Below, one piece after another: positions 42,498 to 52,486 of a stretch of DNA of 64,000 bases; the stretch's first letter is position 1; each line of letters begins with the position of its first letter. The stretch comes from Spirochaetota bacterium (lineage in GTDB: Bacteria > Spirochaetota > UBA4802 > UBA5550). The DNA lies in contig CAXXHB010000003.1 of NCBI GenBank assembly GCA_963664815.2, positions 4,064,001-4,128,000 of the forward strand, in the 5' to 3' direction. Made by a program: the position numbers and the translations under genes. Below the pieces are notes generated by a model. The model did no database searches, was not told the DNA's origin, and saw only the letters and a program-made list of their open reading frames with translations.

Positions 42498-43517
42498 ATG
42501 GGAATAAATCCATTTAAAGATTCCAATCTTGAAGATCTTCAGCAAAATATAAGTGATTTTCTGATAGATCATTTTGTCGATAAAAAGCATCGCATAAAAG
42601 CCCTCTGGAAACGTATCAATGACAAGGGGAATGAACGCATTACGGTTATGTTCATCCCTCATTCTGAAAAGAAAATCGTAAATTTTCATATATCAATTTA
42701 TACTATCACAACAGTTGCATCGATTATTTTTATAACAGTAATAGTAACCTCTATTCTGATAATAAACCATTCATCCACAGTAAAAGAAGTTTCCATACTT
42801 AAACGGGATGGATCAGATTCCAAGGTACAGATACAAATATATAAAGAAGAGATAAACAAATTATACGATATATTCCAGAAGTTTAAACCTGAACTTACAT
42901 ATCTATATTCACTCACTCCTGACAGTAATATAGACTCACTTTGGGCAAAAGGGGGAGAGAATAATCCAAATCCCAACTCAGAACAAACTGACAATGATCC
43001 GAATGTGCCTTCAATAGAACTCCTTAATATACAGGAAGTTAAACATGAACTTGAAACCACAAAAGATGTCGTTGGAAAAATAAAAAGCTTCCTTAATTAC
43101 AGGAAAAAGATTATTGAAAATACACCCTCAATCTGGCCGGTAGAGGGATATATTGTATCCAGGTATGGCTACAGGAACTCACCCTATTCGTTTGAAACTG
43201 AATTCCATTATGGAATAGATATAGAAACATTTCCCTGTTCAGAAATTAAGTCAACCGCACCGGGAAATATCAGTGAAATAAAATGGGATCCTGCACTTGG
43301 ACTGACAGTATCAGTTCGTCATAAATATGGATTTATAACATCTTACAGTCATTGTCAGAGAGTTTCTGTCGAAGTAGGGCAGAAAGTCCTTAAGGGAGAA
43401 GTTATCGGTTATGCAGGTAAAACAGGTAAAACCACTGAATATATATGTTTCTACCAGATTAAAATCGGAACAGAATATGTTGACCCGATGCCATACCTTA
43501 ACAGAATTTCGCGTTAA
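42498..43517 (+). CDS. Membrane-anchored M23-family peptidase homologue with coiled coil (HxH motif degenerate)
   Basis: TVMFIPHS, TM, TPSIWPV, HYGID, SYSHC, GEVIGYAGKTG, VDPMPYL. Confidence 0.82.
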   Translation: MGINPFKDSNLEDLQQNISDFLIDHFVDKKHRIKALWKRINDKGNERITVMFIPHSEKKIVNFHISIYTITTVASIIFITVIVTSILIINHSSTVKEVSILKRDGSDSKVQIQIYKEEINKLYDIFQKFKPELTYLYSLTPDSNIDSLWAKGGENNPNPNSEQTDNDPNVPSIELLNIQEVKHELETTKDVVGKIKSFLNYRKKIIENTPSIWPVEGYIVSRYGYRNSPYSFETEFHYGIDIETFPCSEIKSTAPGNISEIKWDPALGLTVSVRHKYGFITSYSHCQRVSVEVGQKVLKGEVIGYAGKTGKTTEYICFYQIKIGTEYVDPMPYLNRISR

Positions 43518-43534
43518 ATAAAATTACTGAACCC

Positions 43535-43575
43535 ATATATAAAGAAGACCGGAACTACCGGTCTTCTTTATATAT
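43535..43575. terminator. Bidirectional terminator between the M23 gene and fliM
   Basis: Perfect 18-bp IR atatataaagaagaccgg/ccggtcttctttatatat. Confidence 0.8.
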
Positions 43576-43594
43576 TCTATATTTCATAATTTTT

Positions 43595-44620
43595 CTAAAA
43601 GTCATCTTCACTCCTGCTTGAAGTAAGAAGCTCATCAGGGATCTCGTCTATTTTATCTCCTACTTTTACAGCAAGCCTGTTAGAAACAAGTCCGGGAGTA
43701 CATTTATATTTTTTCCTCCCTCCGATGGTAAGTGTCATGTCATCGCCAACTTTTGTATCGGGCAGCTTTAACACATCACCAGGCCTTAATCCCAGAACTT
43801 CCTGTACTGAAATCTTCGCACTACCTATCTGGGCAACTATTGGAAGAGAAACATTCTCCAGCCTGCTCTGAATAATTGTCAGATTTTCATCCGTTGCCCC
43901 TTTTCTGATACTTGAATACATATACTGAGCTGAAAGCTTCGATATAATTGGTTCAATGGAGATATAAGGAATACAGAGATTTGTCATCCCCTCTACTTCA
44001 CCTACTTTCGTTTCAAGTGTTATTAATACAACCATGTCATTCGGAGGTACTATCTGCGCAAACTGGGGATTTGTTTCTATATTTCCCAGCCTGGGACGAA
44101 GATCAATTACATTAGACCATGCTTCACGAAGGTTTCCAAGGATCCTTACAATAATACCCTCCATAACAGAGAGCTCAATATCTGTAAGTTCCCGACTGAT
44201 TTTTGTCGCCTCTCCAAGTCCTCCAAAAAGCTTATCTATAATTGTAAAAGTAATTGATGGGTCAATTTCAAGAACCGCCGATCCCTTTAGAGGATCCATG
44301 TTTATTACCGCCAATGTAGTCGGGTTAGGAATTGATCTGATAAACTCCTCATAGGTAAGCTGATCAACAGATGCAACGTGAACGCCAACAAGCGCACGGA
44401 GCTGTGCAGAGAGAGCCGTGGTTGTAAGACGGGCAAATGTCTCATGCATCATCTGAAGTGTACGAATATGATCCTTTGAGAATTTATCAGGTCTCCGGAA
44501 GTCATAAATCTTAACTTTTTTCTGTTCTTTAACCGCTGTATAATCTGTGGTATCCACCTCTCCAGTGGATATAGCAGTCAACAGGGCATCAATCTCATCC
44601 TGTGATAATATCTCTGTCAT
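43595..44620 (-). CDS. fliM: Flagellar motor switch protein FliM
   Basis: MTEILSQDEIDALL CheY-binding peptide, YDFRRPDKFSK, ETNPQFAQIV, NLCIPY. Confidence 0.97.
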   Translation of the reverse strand: MTEILSQDEIDALLTAISTGEVDTTDYTAVKEQKKVKIYDFRRPDKFSKDHIRTLQMMHETFARLTTTALSAQLRALVGVHVASVDQLTYEEFIRSIPNPTTLAVINMDPLKGSAVLEIDPSITFTIIDKLFGGLGEATKISRELTDIELSVMEGIIVRILGNLREAWSNVIDLRPRLGNIETNPQFAQIVPPNDMVVLITLETKVGEVEGMTNLCIPYISIEPIISKLSAQYMYSSIRKGATDENLTIIQSRLENVSLPIVAQIGSAKISVQEVLGLRPGDVLKLPDTKVGDDMTLTIGGRKKYKCTPGLVSNRLAVKVGDKIDEIPDELLTSSRSEDDF

Positions 44621-45618
44621 TTTCTTCCACCCTTTGTAATACTTGCTTCAATTCCGGATACAAGCCATAAATAATCATTTTCATTGCTTTTTTCAAGCCT
44701 GTAAACATATTTCACTCTTTCACTCTTTATCATGCCGTTTCTTGAAGCGTCAACGGTGACCTGTGATGTCAGTCCATTATTGTCAATTTCTTCATTTATA
44801 ATTCTATAATCAACAAGATAATCATTCTTCCGGTTAACAAGAAACCGTATAAACTCATTTTCAATTAATTTTTTTTCATAATCATCCGCAAGATCATACT
44901 TTCTTGAATAATCAGGATAAGAATGTATAAATTTATCAATGTCGATATATTTAAGTGATCTTTCCCATTGGTTATCTCTTTCAGCGCTGAGAAGCAGGAG
45001 TATAACTTCAGAAGGTGTAAGAGTTACCCCTCCAGGTGTTTTTGCATGATATGGCATATATACTTTGTCGTTAATCACTTTAAACGACAACTCATTACTG
45101 CTTATTATTACTTTTTTTTCATCTTCTACATCACCAATAAATGGAAAGAAATGAAGTTTCAACCTGTAATTTTTTCCGGCTTCGAAATTGTATATTCTTT
45201 TGAGATTCTGTGTATGCATAAAAGTTTCGCCGGCTCCAAGCTTTACTTCGCGTTTTTTCATCCATGATACAGTCTCCAGTTTATCTTTCCCGGTGATTAT
45301 GTATGGAACTATAAGCTCTGCATTCTTACCCTTCATATCAAATACTACCGGCTTGAATGTAGTATAATCAGCATCATCTCCCCTTGCCTTGTCAAACAGA
45401 TCTGTTCTTTGAGGAGAATCATATATATAAAAAGCAATTTCATCGTTCGTTACGTTTTTCACCTGAATACTCAGCATGATATCTTCACTGTTATGAAACT
45501 TCTGCTTTTCAAGATAAAGGTAAACGCTGAAAGCATTAGTCTCCCTTCCTTCTGAAATATTCACAAGCATAAATAAAGCGCATAATATTGTTATAAAAAT
45601 ATGATAAATTCTTTTCAT
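44617..45618 (-). CDS. Hypothetical exported protein co-transcribed with fliM
   Basis: Signal peptide; ATGA overlap with the fliM start. Confidence 0.7.
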   Translation of the reverse strand: MKRIYHIFITILCALFMLVNISEGRETNAFSVYLYLEKQKFHNSEDIMLSIQVKNVTNDEIAFYIYDSPQRTDLFDKARGDDADYTTFKPVVFDMKGKNAELIVPYIITGKDKLETVSWMKKREVKLGAGETFMHTQNLKRIYNFEAGKNYRLKLHFFPFIGDVEDEKKVIISSNELSFKVINDKVYMPYHAKTPGGVTLTPSEVILLLLSAERDNQWERSLKYIDIDKFIHSYPDYSRKYDLADDYEKKLIENEFIRFLVNRKNDYLVDYRIINEEIDNNGLTSQVTVDASRNGMIKSERVKYVYRLEKSNENDYLWLVSGIEASITKGGRK

Positions 45619-45751
45619 TAAGATTACAACCGGTTTTACAAAGATATTTCTTCTTTTAAATTATCGACATAATCAAAATTTTTTATTATAAAATTATTGG
45701 GATAGATGGATAAGTAAAGATTTCAATAGAGTATTTTCAATTTTCTTCATT

Positions 45752-46402
45752 TTATTTATTGGTCATATTTTCCGATGTTTGCGACTCAACATGTGACATT
45801 CTTCCTTTACCTGTCTCTATGAGAAATTTAGATACTGACTCAGTAATTAAATCAGACGAAAGATCAGTATCCAGCAATGATATAGAAAATATATCATTAA
45901 AACGTTCTGCATTTTCTTTGTATTCATCAATGAAAAAATTGATTTCGGGATTTTGTGTGGAAAGCAGGCTCATTACACTGTGAGGATTTCCTCCAATTCC
46001 ATATTTTTTTTCAAATTCACCACCCTTGGTAAGGAGAATAAAATTACCCTTCAGATTTCTGCAATCCGCCCCCTTACTCAGAATAACGTATGCAATCAGG
46101 AATGTCTTGAATATTTTTAACATGTCAGAATCCGGAACTGCAATCAGTCCCGAGTCTATCTGGCTATCCATAATTATTGCACGTGGAAATCCATTCTCAT
46201 TTATAAAACGCAGAAGTTCTTTTCTTATAAATGCCGTTTTACCCGATTTGGCAATCCCGGTACGCATCATCTGAATAGAAGTCAATGCCGGATAATCAGC
46301 CACTATATCCAATCCAAGGCCGTTTAAAGCTATTCTGATTGGTGAAGTTATTCTGGACTTCTCGGTTATAAGGATTATTTTATTAGAAATTTCTATGGAC
46401 AT
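45752..46402 (-). CDS. Hypothetical protein
   Basis: 216-aa ORF with GGGG SD; no recognised motif. Confidence 0.6.
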   Translation of the reverse strand: MSIEISNKIILITEKSRITSPIRIALNGLGLDIVADYPALTSIQMMRTGIAKSGKTAFIRKELLRFINENGFPRAIIMDSQIDSGLIAVPDSDMLKIFKTFLIAYVILSKGADCRNLKGNFILLTKGGEFEKKYGIGGNPHSVMSLLSTQNPEINFFIDEYKENAERFNDIFSISLLDTDLSSDLITESVSKFLIETGKGRMSHVESQTSENMTNK

Positions 46403-46638
46403 TGGTGTAAATCCCCGGACAAGTTGATGTATATAATTATATTAACTTTTATAATTTTAAAGCTTGATGTCAATATAATTAAATCCCGAAATTATAATGT
46501 ATTATCCGGACGAAATAAGTCAAAAAAAAGATGTATTTACTTCAACCATCTGTGTCTAATTTCCTGACAAATAAACGACAACCCTGATATAAAAGATTTT
46601 TGAACTACCCGCAGAGCGGGTGGTTTTCGTTTCACAAG

Positions 46639-46665
46639 AAAAGGCCCACCCGAAGGTGAGCCTTT
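46639..46665 (-). terminator. Intrinsic terminator of the Fe-S oxidoreductase gene
   Basis: AAAGGCTCACC-TTCG-GGTGGGCCTTTT (C-UUCG-G tetraloop plus U-tract). Confidence 0.8.
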
Positions 46666-46696
46666 AATAATATTATACTGTTAAACGTGTTTAAAT

Positions 46697-48844
46697 TTAT
46701 TTTTCCATTGAATTAAAAACATATTCTGCAATATCAAATGTTGTAAGATTTTCTATTTCAAGCTCTGTTGCACCATCTGAAAGCATTGTAAGACAGAATG
46801 GACATGCAGTACAGATTTTTGTAGCACCGCTTGATTGGGCGTCTTTTGTCCTGAACTGATTAATCCTTGTTCCAAGATGCTCTTCAATAAACATTCTCGC
46901 TCCGCCAGCTCCACAGCAGAAGCTTCTGTCATGGTTTCTGCTCATTTCAACATATTCAGTTCCTGGTATAGCCCTGATAACATCCCTTGGCTGTGAATAT
47001 ATTTCATTGTATCTGCCGAGAAAACATGAATCATGATATGTTATTTTTTCATTAAGAGCTTCTTTAAGTTTGATCTTTCCACTCTTAATTAATTCATCTA
47101 TTACTTCTGTATGGTGGAAAACTTCAACATTATACTCAAGCGGGTTTCCATCAGAGCCCATCCCGACTTTAGCAAAAGAAGCATACTCTTTCTTAAGCAT
47201 ATTGTATCCATGAGGGCATGTTGTAATTATTTTCTTTATACCATAAGATTTAAAAGTTTCAAGATTCTGTGTTGCCAGTGAATGGAAAAGGTATTCATTT
47301 CCACCTCTCATTGCAGCATCACCACAGCATGCTTCTTCAGCTCCGAGTATACCTACTTTGAGACCGGCTTTTTTCATTACATTTAAGAGAGCTATAGCAA
47401 CTTTCTGGCTTCTCTTATCATAAGACGCCGCACATCCTACAAAATATACATAGTCAACATCAGGATCTTCTGCAAGTGTTTTTACTCCAAGATCAGCCGG
47501 GAGCCATGCGCCCCTTTCACCAAACGCAAAACCATACGGATTAAAGTTTGTTTCCATGTTCATGAAAGTTGTCTGAAGCTCTGGAGCCATATCCCCTTCC
47601 ATGAGAACTTTGTACCTTCTCATATCAATCATTTTTGGAACATGCTCAATGTTAACCGGACATGCCTGCATACATGCCGCGCAGTTTGTACATGACCAGA
47701 ATTCATCAGGCTGGACGGAACCTGAACCTTCTGTACCATCACCAATAAGAGGCAGAGTTTCAAGAGATGCCTTATCCTCAGCAACCATAAGCTGCGGAAT
47801 ACGGATATCCATATTATCTTTAACATCATTAATCATTTTTTTCGGGGATAGAGGTTTTTCTGTCAAATGAGCCGGACAATTATCCTGGCATCTTCCGCAT
47901 CTTGTACATGCATCTCCATCCATAAGCTGTTTCCAGGTATATTCTTCAACCTTGCTTACTCCAAAACTTTCAGCTACTTCAAAAACCGCAGGGTCAATTA
48001 CAGGAACAGTAAATTTTGTTTTTGGAGATTCGTTGTTAAGATTTCCATAATAAATATTAAGAAATGAGATAAGAATGTGTCCAATCTTGTCTGTGGCAAC
48101 AAGACCTATAAAACTGAAAGCTGCCAGCATATGCACCCACCAGTTAATATAGTGAGCAGTTCTGAGGCTGCTTTCACTCATAGCTGAGAAAGGCAGTGCA
48201 AAAATATAACCAAAAGGTGAAGCAAGTTTTTCAAACACCGGGAAATCTGTAATAGCAATTCTCATTGCTTCATTAACAAAACCTGAAATAATAATTAATG
48301 TTATCAGAACCAGTGCGAATGTATCGATCGCTTTTGTATCAAGTCGTGTAGGTTTAAGAACATATCTTCTGTAGATAGCCATAATAAGACCGATAAGGAC
48401 AACAATCCCGAATAAATCACCAAATAAAGACCAGATGATATAGAAATCACCATGTATAAAATGGTAATGGAAAAAGAGCCCCGTAAAGTCTTCCTGTACA
48501 ACAATAATCATTGTAACAACAAAAAGCACAATAAAACCGAAAAATATAGCAGCATGCATTATACCGGCATATTTTTCCCTTATAACTTTTGCCTGTAAAA
48601 AGGCATACTTAATAACGGCCAGAATTCTCTTTTCAGGGAAATCTGTCCTTAGTTCGCTTTTACCCTGTCTCCATATCTGCACTTTTTTAATGATTGTATA
48701 AAGCAGATAAAAAACCGCGGCAAACATAAAAATGTAAACCCCCCATCTCATAAATCCATGAGGGCCTCCGACATTAAAATAAAACTCGCGCGTAACATCG
48801 GAACTCGCCATACCAAAAGAAGCGGCAATACTCATCTGGGTCAT
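46697..48844 (-). CDS. Membrane-bound Fe-S oxidoreductase (FadF/HdrD-like, CCG domains)
   Basis: N-terminal TMs; CTRCGRCQDNCP and CTNCAACMQACP ferredoxin motifs; CCG domains (EACCGD, TCPHG, YHDSC, FCCGAGG, ACPFC). Confidence 0.88.
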   Translation of the reverse strand: MTQMSIAASFGMASSDVTREFYFNVGGPHGFMRWGVYIFMFAAVFYLLYTIIKKVQIWRQGKSELRTDFPEKRILAVIKYAFLQAKVIREKYAGIMHAAIFFGFIVLFVVTMIIVVQEDFTGLFFHYHFIHGDFYIIWSLFGDLFGIVVLIGLIMAIYRRYVLKPTRLDTKAIDTFALVLITLIIISGFVNEAMRIAITDFPVFEKLASPFGYIFALPFSAMSESSLRTAHYINWWVHMLAAFSFIGLVATDKIGHILISFLNIYYGNLNNESPKTKFTVPVIDPAVFEVAESFGVSKVEEYTWKQLMDGDACTRCGRCQDNCPAHLTEKPLSPKKMINDVKDNMDIRIPQLMVAEDKASLETLPLIGDGTEGSGSVQPDEFWSCTNCAACMQACPVNIEHVPKMIDMRRYKVLMEGDMAPELQTTFMNMETNFNPYGFAFGERGAWLPADLGVKTLAEDPDVDYVYFVGCAASYDKRSQKVAIALLNVMKKAGLKVGILGAEEACCGDAAMRGGNEYLFHSLATQNLETFKSYGIKKIITTCPHGYNMLKKEYASFAKVGMGSDGNPLEYNVEVFHHTEVIDELIKSGKIKLKEALNEKITYHDSCFLGRYNEIYSQPRDVIRAIPGTEYVEMSRNHDRSFCCGAGGARMFIEEHLGTRINQFRTKDAQSSGATKICTACPFCLTMLSDGATELEIENLTTFDIAEYVFNSMEK

Positions 48845-49038
48845 CCTCCTAAAAATATCGGTTCTATAAAATTTTTTATAGTTGGTTGCAGACAGCTCTC
48901 AGAAACCAGTACCCGGCGACTCTGATTTTCTGATCAGTATATGTTAATATGTTTAATTTCAGGTATTATACTGTAAAAAAATTGTCAACAAAATTTCAGG
49001 GGGAGGGATATTATTGGGTCTCTGCCAAAGTCAATGTC

Positions 49039-49080
49039 TATAATATTAAAAAGCGGGTTATCCCGCTTTTTAATATTATA
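49039..49080 (-). terminator. Terminator downstream of the beta-barrel gene
   Basis: Perfect IR tataatattaaaaagcggg-ttat-cccgctttttaatattata. Confidence 0.8.
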
Positions 49081-49103
49081 TTACCGTCATTGTGAAATAT
49101 TTT

Positions 49104-49640
49104 TTAAAAATTATATGCTATCCCTATATTTGCCTGCATCGCAGTATCATCTCTTGCAGCAATATCCAGGAACTTGTATCGGCCCTCAATTAATAAAGAA
49201 AGAGGTGTCCCGCCGATTTTGATATCAAGCCCGAGAAACAGGTCTACACCTGCATCTGAATCCTCATTTGCTGTATTATCATCTTCAAAGTTATAATAAT
49301 TAAGAGACGGGCCGAATCCTATAAATGGTGCTATTGCACCCTTGTCGAGAAAGTGCCAGTACCAGTCAAAATGTATTCCCCAAACATCCACGTTTTTAGT
49401 TTTATTATCAGGATTTTCGAGTGTAAACATATCAACACCCGGCCTGAAGTCCAGGCTATCAATTAAAAATTTACCCATATCAAAATAAACACCGAATACC
49501 CAGTCATTATCATAATCACTCAGGTTATCCTTAGGCATTGTATACCCACCCTTAATCCCTATTGCTTTAGCGAAAACATCATTTGTTGAATAGCCTACAA
49601 AAAGGCAAAGTGTTATTAAAAGTAATAATAGCTTCTTCAT
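49104..49640 (-). CDS. Outer-membrane beta-barrel protein
   Basis: Signal peptide, amphipathic strands (PFIGFG, IEGRY), C-terminal IGIAYNF. Confidence 0.8.
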   Translation of the reverse strand: MKKLLLLLITLCLFVGYSTNDVFAKAIGIKGGYTMPKDNLSDYDNDWVFGVYFDMGKFLIDSLDFRPGVDMFTLENPDNKTKNVDVWGIHFDWYWHFLDKGAIAPFIGFGPSLNYYNFEDDNTANEDSDAGVDLFLGLDIKIGGTPLSLLIEGRYKFLDIAARDDTAMQANIGIAYNF

Positions 49641-49896
49641 TTAAGTCTCCTTTTAAAAAAGATTATTTTAAATATAGAGCTTTTAATTATGTGCTGAATC
49701 TTTTGTCAATTTCTTTTAAGTTATCTATTTTAAAAGAAAACATTTCAGCAATTAAAGTTGTTTATAAATTAATAAGCTACATTTTATCTTTTTAATATTT
49801 TTCATTAATATCTATCCGGATTAAGCATTTCTGTGAAATTTTGCTTGAGCCTGACAAAATATTTTTTATATATTGACTAACGAGCAAGAGGATATA

Positions 49897-50991
49897 ATGA
49901 ATAGTTTTATTAAACGCAAAAAAACCCGGGTGGTAAAAATAGGATCTCTAACCATAGGGGGTGAATCACCAGTAATTGTTCAATCAATGACAAATGTTCC
50001 GATAGATGATGTTGGCAGGAATATTGCCCAGATAGAGAATCTCAAAAATAATGGCGCAGAGATTGTCAGGCTCGCAATCCGCAGTGAAAAAAGCATAGAG
50101 CCTCTATCAAAAATAATTAAAGCCTCACCAATCCCTCTTGTTGCGGACATTCATTTTGATTACAAACTCGCAATTGCATCGATTGATGCCGGTATCTCTA
50201 AAATCAGAATTAATCCGGGAAATATAGGTGATGAATATAAAATTAAAGAGGTTGTAAGAGCCGCCTCTGTGAACAACATCCCGATACGAATAGGTGTAAA
50301 CGGCGGATCAATTAATAGAAAAAAATATTCCCATGTAACGCCTGAAAGCCTGGTTGATTCGGCAATGGAAAATATAAGAATTCTTGAAGAGAATAATTTT
50401 AATAACATTGTTATATCAATTAAATGCACTGACATCTTTGATACTATCGAAGCAAACAGATTGATCTCGGAACTGAGGGATTATCCTATACATATCGGAC
50501 TTACAGAGGCAGGCTATGGCCTTTCCTGTATTGTACAGAGCTCAATTGTCACAGGACACTTACTTATGTCAGGAATTGGCGACACAATAAGAGTTTCAAT
50601 GACCGGGGATCCGGTAAATGAGGCTGTTACAGGGACAAAAATTCTTGAATCACTGAATCTCAAATATTCACCTGTACGGATAATCTCATGCCCTACATGC
50701 GGTAGAACAGCTGAAGATATAGATCTGCTTGCTATTGCCCAGGAAACAGAAAAAGAACTTACACATAAATTCAGCAAAACACTTAATGAAAGGAATGAAA
50801 AACTGACCATTGCAATAATGGGATGTGAAGTAAACGGACCTGGAGAAGCATCTGAAGCAGATTTTGGTCTTGCAGGGGGACAAAACGGTAAAATGCTTCT
50901 CTTTGCAAAAGGAGAAAGAATAAAAACAGTACCTGTAAAGGATGCCGTAAAAGAACTTATCGCTGCAATGTCAGATAAATTGTCTTTGTAG
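49897..50991 (+). CDS. ispG: 4-hydroxy-3-methylbut-2-en-1-yl diphosphate synthase
   Basis: VQSMTN, PLVADIHFD, RINPGNIG, GIGDTIRVS, SCPTCGR, MGCEVNGPGE. Confidence 0.96.
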   Translation: MNSFIKRKKTRVVKIGSLTIGGESPVIVQSMTNVPIDDVGRNIAQIENLKNNGAEIVRLAIRSEKSIEPLSKIIKASPIPLVADIHFDYKLAIASIDAGISKIRINPGNIGDEYKIKEVVRAASVNNIPIRIGVNGGSINRKKYSHVTPESLVDSAMENIRILEENNFNNIVISIKCTDIFDTIEANRLISELRDYPIHIGLTEAGYGLSCIVQSSIVTGHLLMSGIGDTIRVSMTGDPVNEAVTGTKILESLNLKYSPVRIISCPTCGRTAEDIDLLAIAQETEKELTHKFSKTLNERNEKLTIAIMGCEVNGPGEASEADFGLAGGQNGKMLLFAKGERIKTVPVKDAVKELIAAMSDKLSL

Positions 50992-51208
50992 TTTAAAATA
51001 TCAATACACTTTTACTTTATACCAGCATTGGCTGTCTTCTTCCTGCCAAGCATGGTAATGGTTTAAAAAAGAGAAAATGTTTTTCATATACTCTCTTTTG
51101 CCACACTGGTGAAATGAGAAACGAACGACATATAAAAAGGCGGAAATACTTACGAAATCATAAGATACTCTGCACTTACCAATACGATGGGGAGAATAAT
51201 ATTAATTT

Positions 51209-52129
51209 TTAGAATCCTTTTTTCAGAAATGTCTGTGGATTTATCGCCATTCCGTTTTTTCTAATCTCGAAATGAAGGTGAGGGCCTGTGGATCTGCCGG
51301 TATTCCCTGATAATGCAATAATTTCACCCGGTTTTACAATCTGACCGCTTTTTACCAGGCTCTTCCCCAGATGACCATAATAGCTTCTGTAACCAAATTC
51401 ATGTTCTATTATGACCAGTTTGCCATAACCCTCTTCATACCCGGTAAAGACTACCTCCCCTTTTCTTGCGGCATGAACTGTTGTCCCTGTATGACATCCG
51501 AGATCTATCCCTTTGTGAAATTCCATTCTTCTGCTGTTAAAAGGATTTCTTCTTGTTCCGAACCCTGATGTCTTCTGACCAAACCTTATTGGTGAAAAAA
51601 AGGCAGTGCCGAGAAAAAGCGATTTTTCTATTTTAGAGATTTTTCCACAGGGTATAAATAAAAATTTCTTATCCAGATTTTCACTTTTATTAACAGCCTT
51701 TACATATTTTATATTAATTTTCTCACCGGTTATCACTGAATAGAGTGTTTTTAAACTCTCACCAGGTATAATTACACCTCTCATATTTGGAATGTAGATA
51801 ATCGTACCCGGCTCTACCTGAAAAGGTGAAGTTAGATTATTCACCGACATCAGGGTATCCATGTCGAGTGAGCACTTTGACATCACAACCCAGAAGTTTT
51901 CATTTTCCTTCACACGATAGCTGTAAAATCTCAATTCAGGAAGATTTTTTTCCGGTCTTCCGCTTTTTACTGTATAAATAGTCTGTTTTATATCTTCTCT
52001 TATTGTTTTTAAAATCGAATTATTCTGATATATAAGATTATCCAGTTTCTCTACCTGACTGTCTGCATATCCTCTGATAGACAATAATACTCCAGACAAT
52101 AACATTAATATCATAAACTTATGTTTCAT
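51209..52129 (-). CDS. LysM + M23 peptidase
   Basis: YRVKENEN..TLMSVNNL LysM-like domain; HKGID, YYGHL, GNTGRSTGPHLHFEIR. Confidence 0.9.
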   Translation of the reverse strand: MKHKFMILMLLSGVLLSIRGYADSQVEKLDNLIYQNNSILKTIREDIKQTIYTVKSGRPEKNLPELRFYSYRVKENENFWVVMSKCSLDMDTLMSVNNLTSPFQVEPGTIIYIPNMRGVIIPGESLKTLYSVITGEKINIKYVKAVNKSENLDKKFLFIPCGKISKIEKSLFLGTAFFSPIRFGQKTSGFGTRRNPFNSRRMEFHKGIDLGCHTGTTVHAARKGEVVFTGYEEGYGKLVIIEHEFGYRSYYGHLGKSLVKSGQIVKPGEIIALSGNTGRSTGPHLHFEIRKNGMAINPQTFLKKGF

Positions 52130-52486
52130 TACGCAAAAACTCCTATGCTCTTAATTTCGGCTATATTTTAACTTTGCATTAACAAAAAATTATGTCTCAT
52201 TATGTTTAATAAATCTTTTTTACATTTTATTTTTTTTATTGTAAAAACAGAGGTTTAAACATAATGCTTTTTTCTTAGCGATAAATATTAGTAAAAATCC
52301 GGTTTATAGATTTTTTTAAACTGGAAAATAAAATAAAAAATACTTATAATAATTAGTGTTGATATCCTACCTGTTTTTGTTTGAAGCAATCAGGTCTCCC
52401 CGCCACATCAGGCAGGAGCAGAACAAAAATACCGGTTAAAAGGTTTATGTTTAATTTTTAAAATATTTTAATGAACAGGCGGGTCT

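Noticed and set aside
49091-49108. Rex-like site TTGTGAAATATTTTTTAA
   Set aside because: The right half-site is poor, it overlaps a stop codon, and a terminator separates it from the oxidoreductase gene
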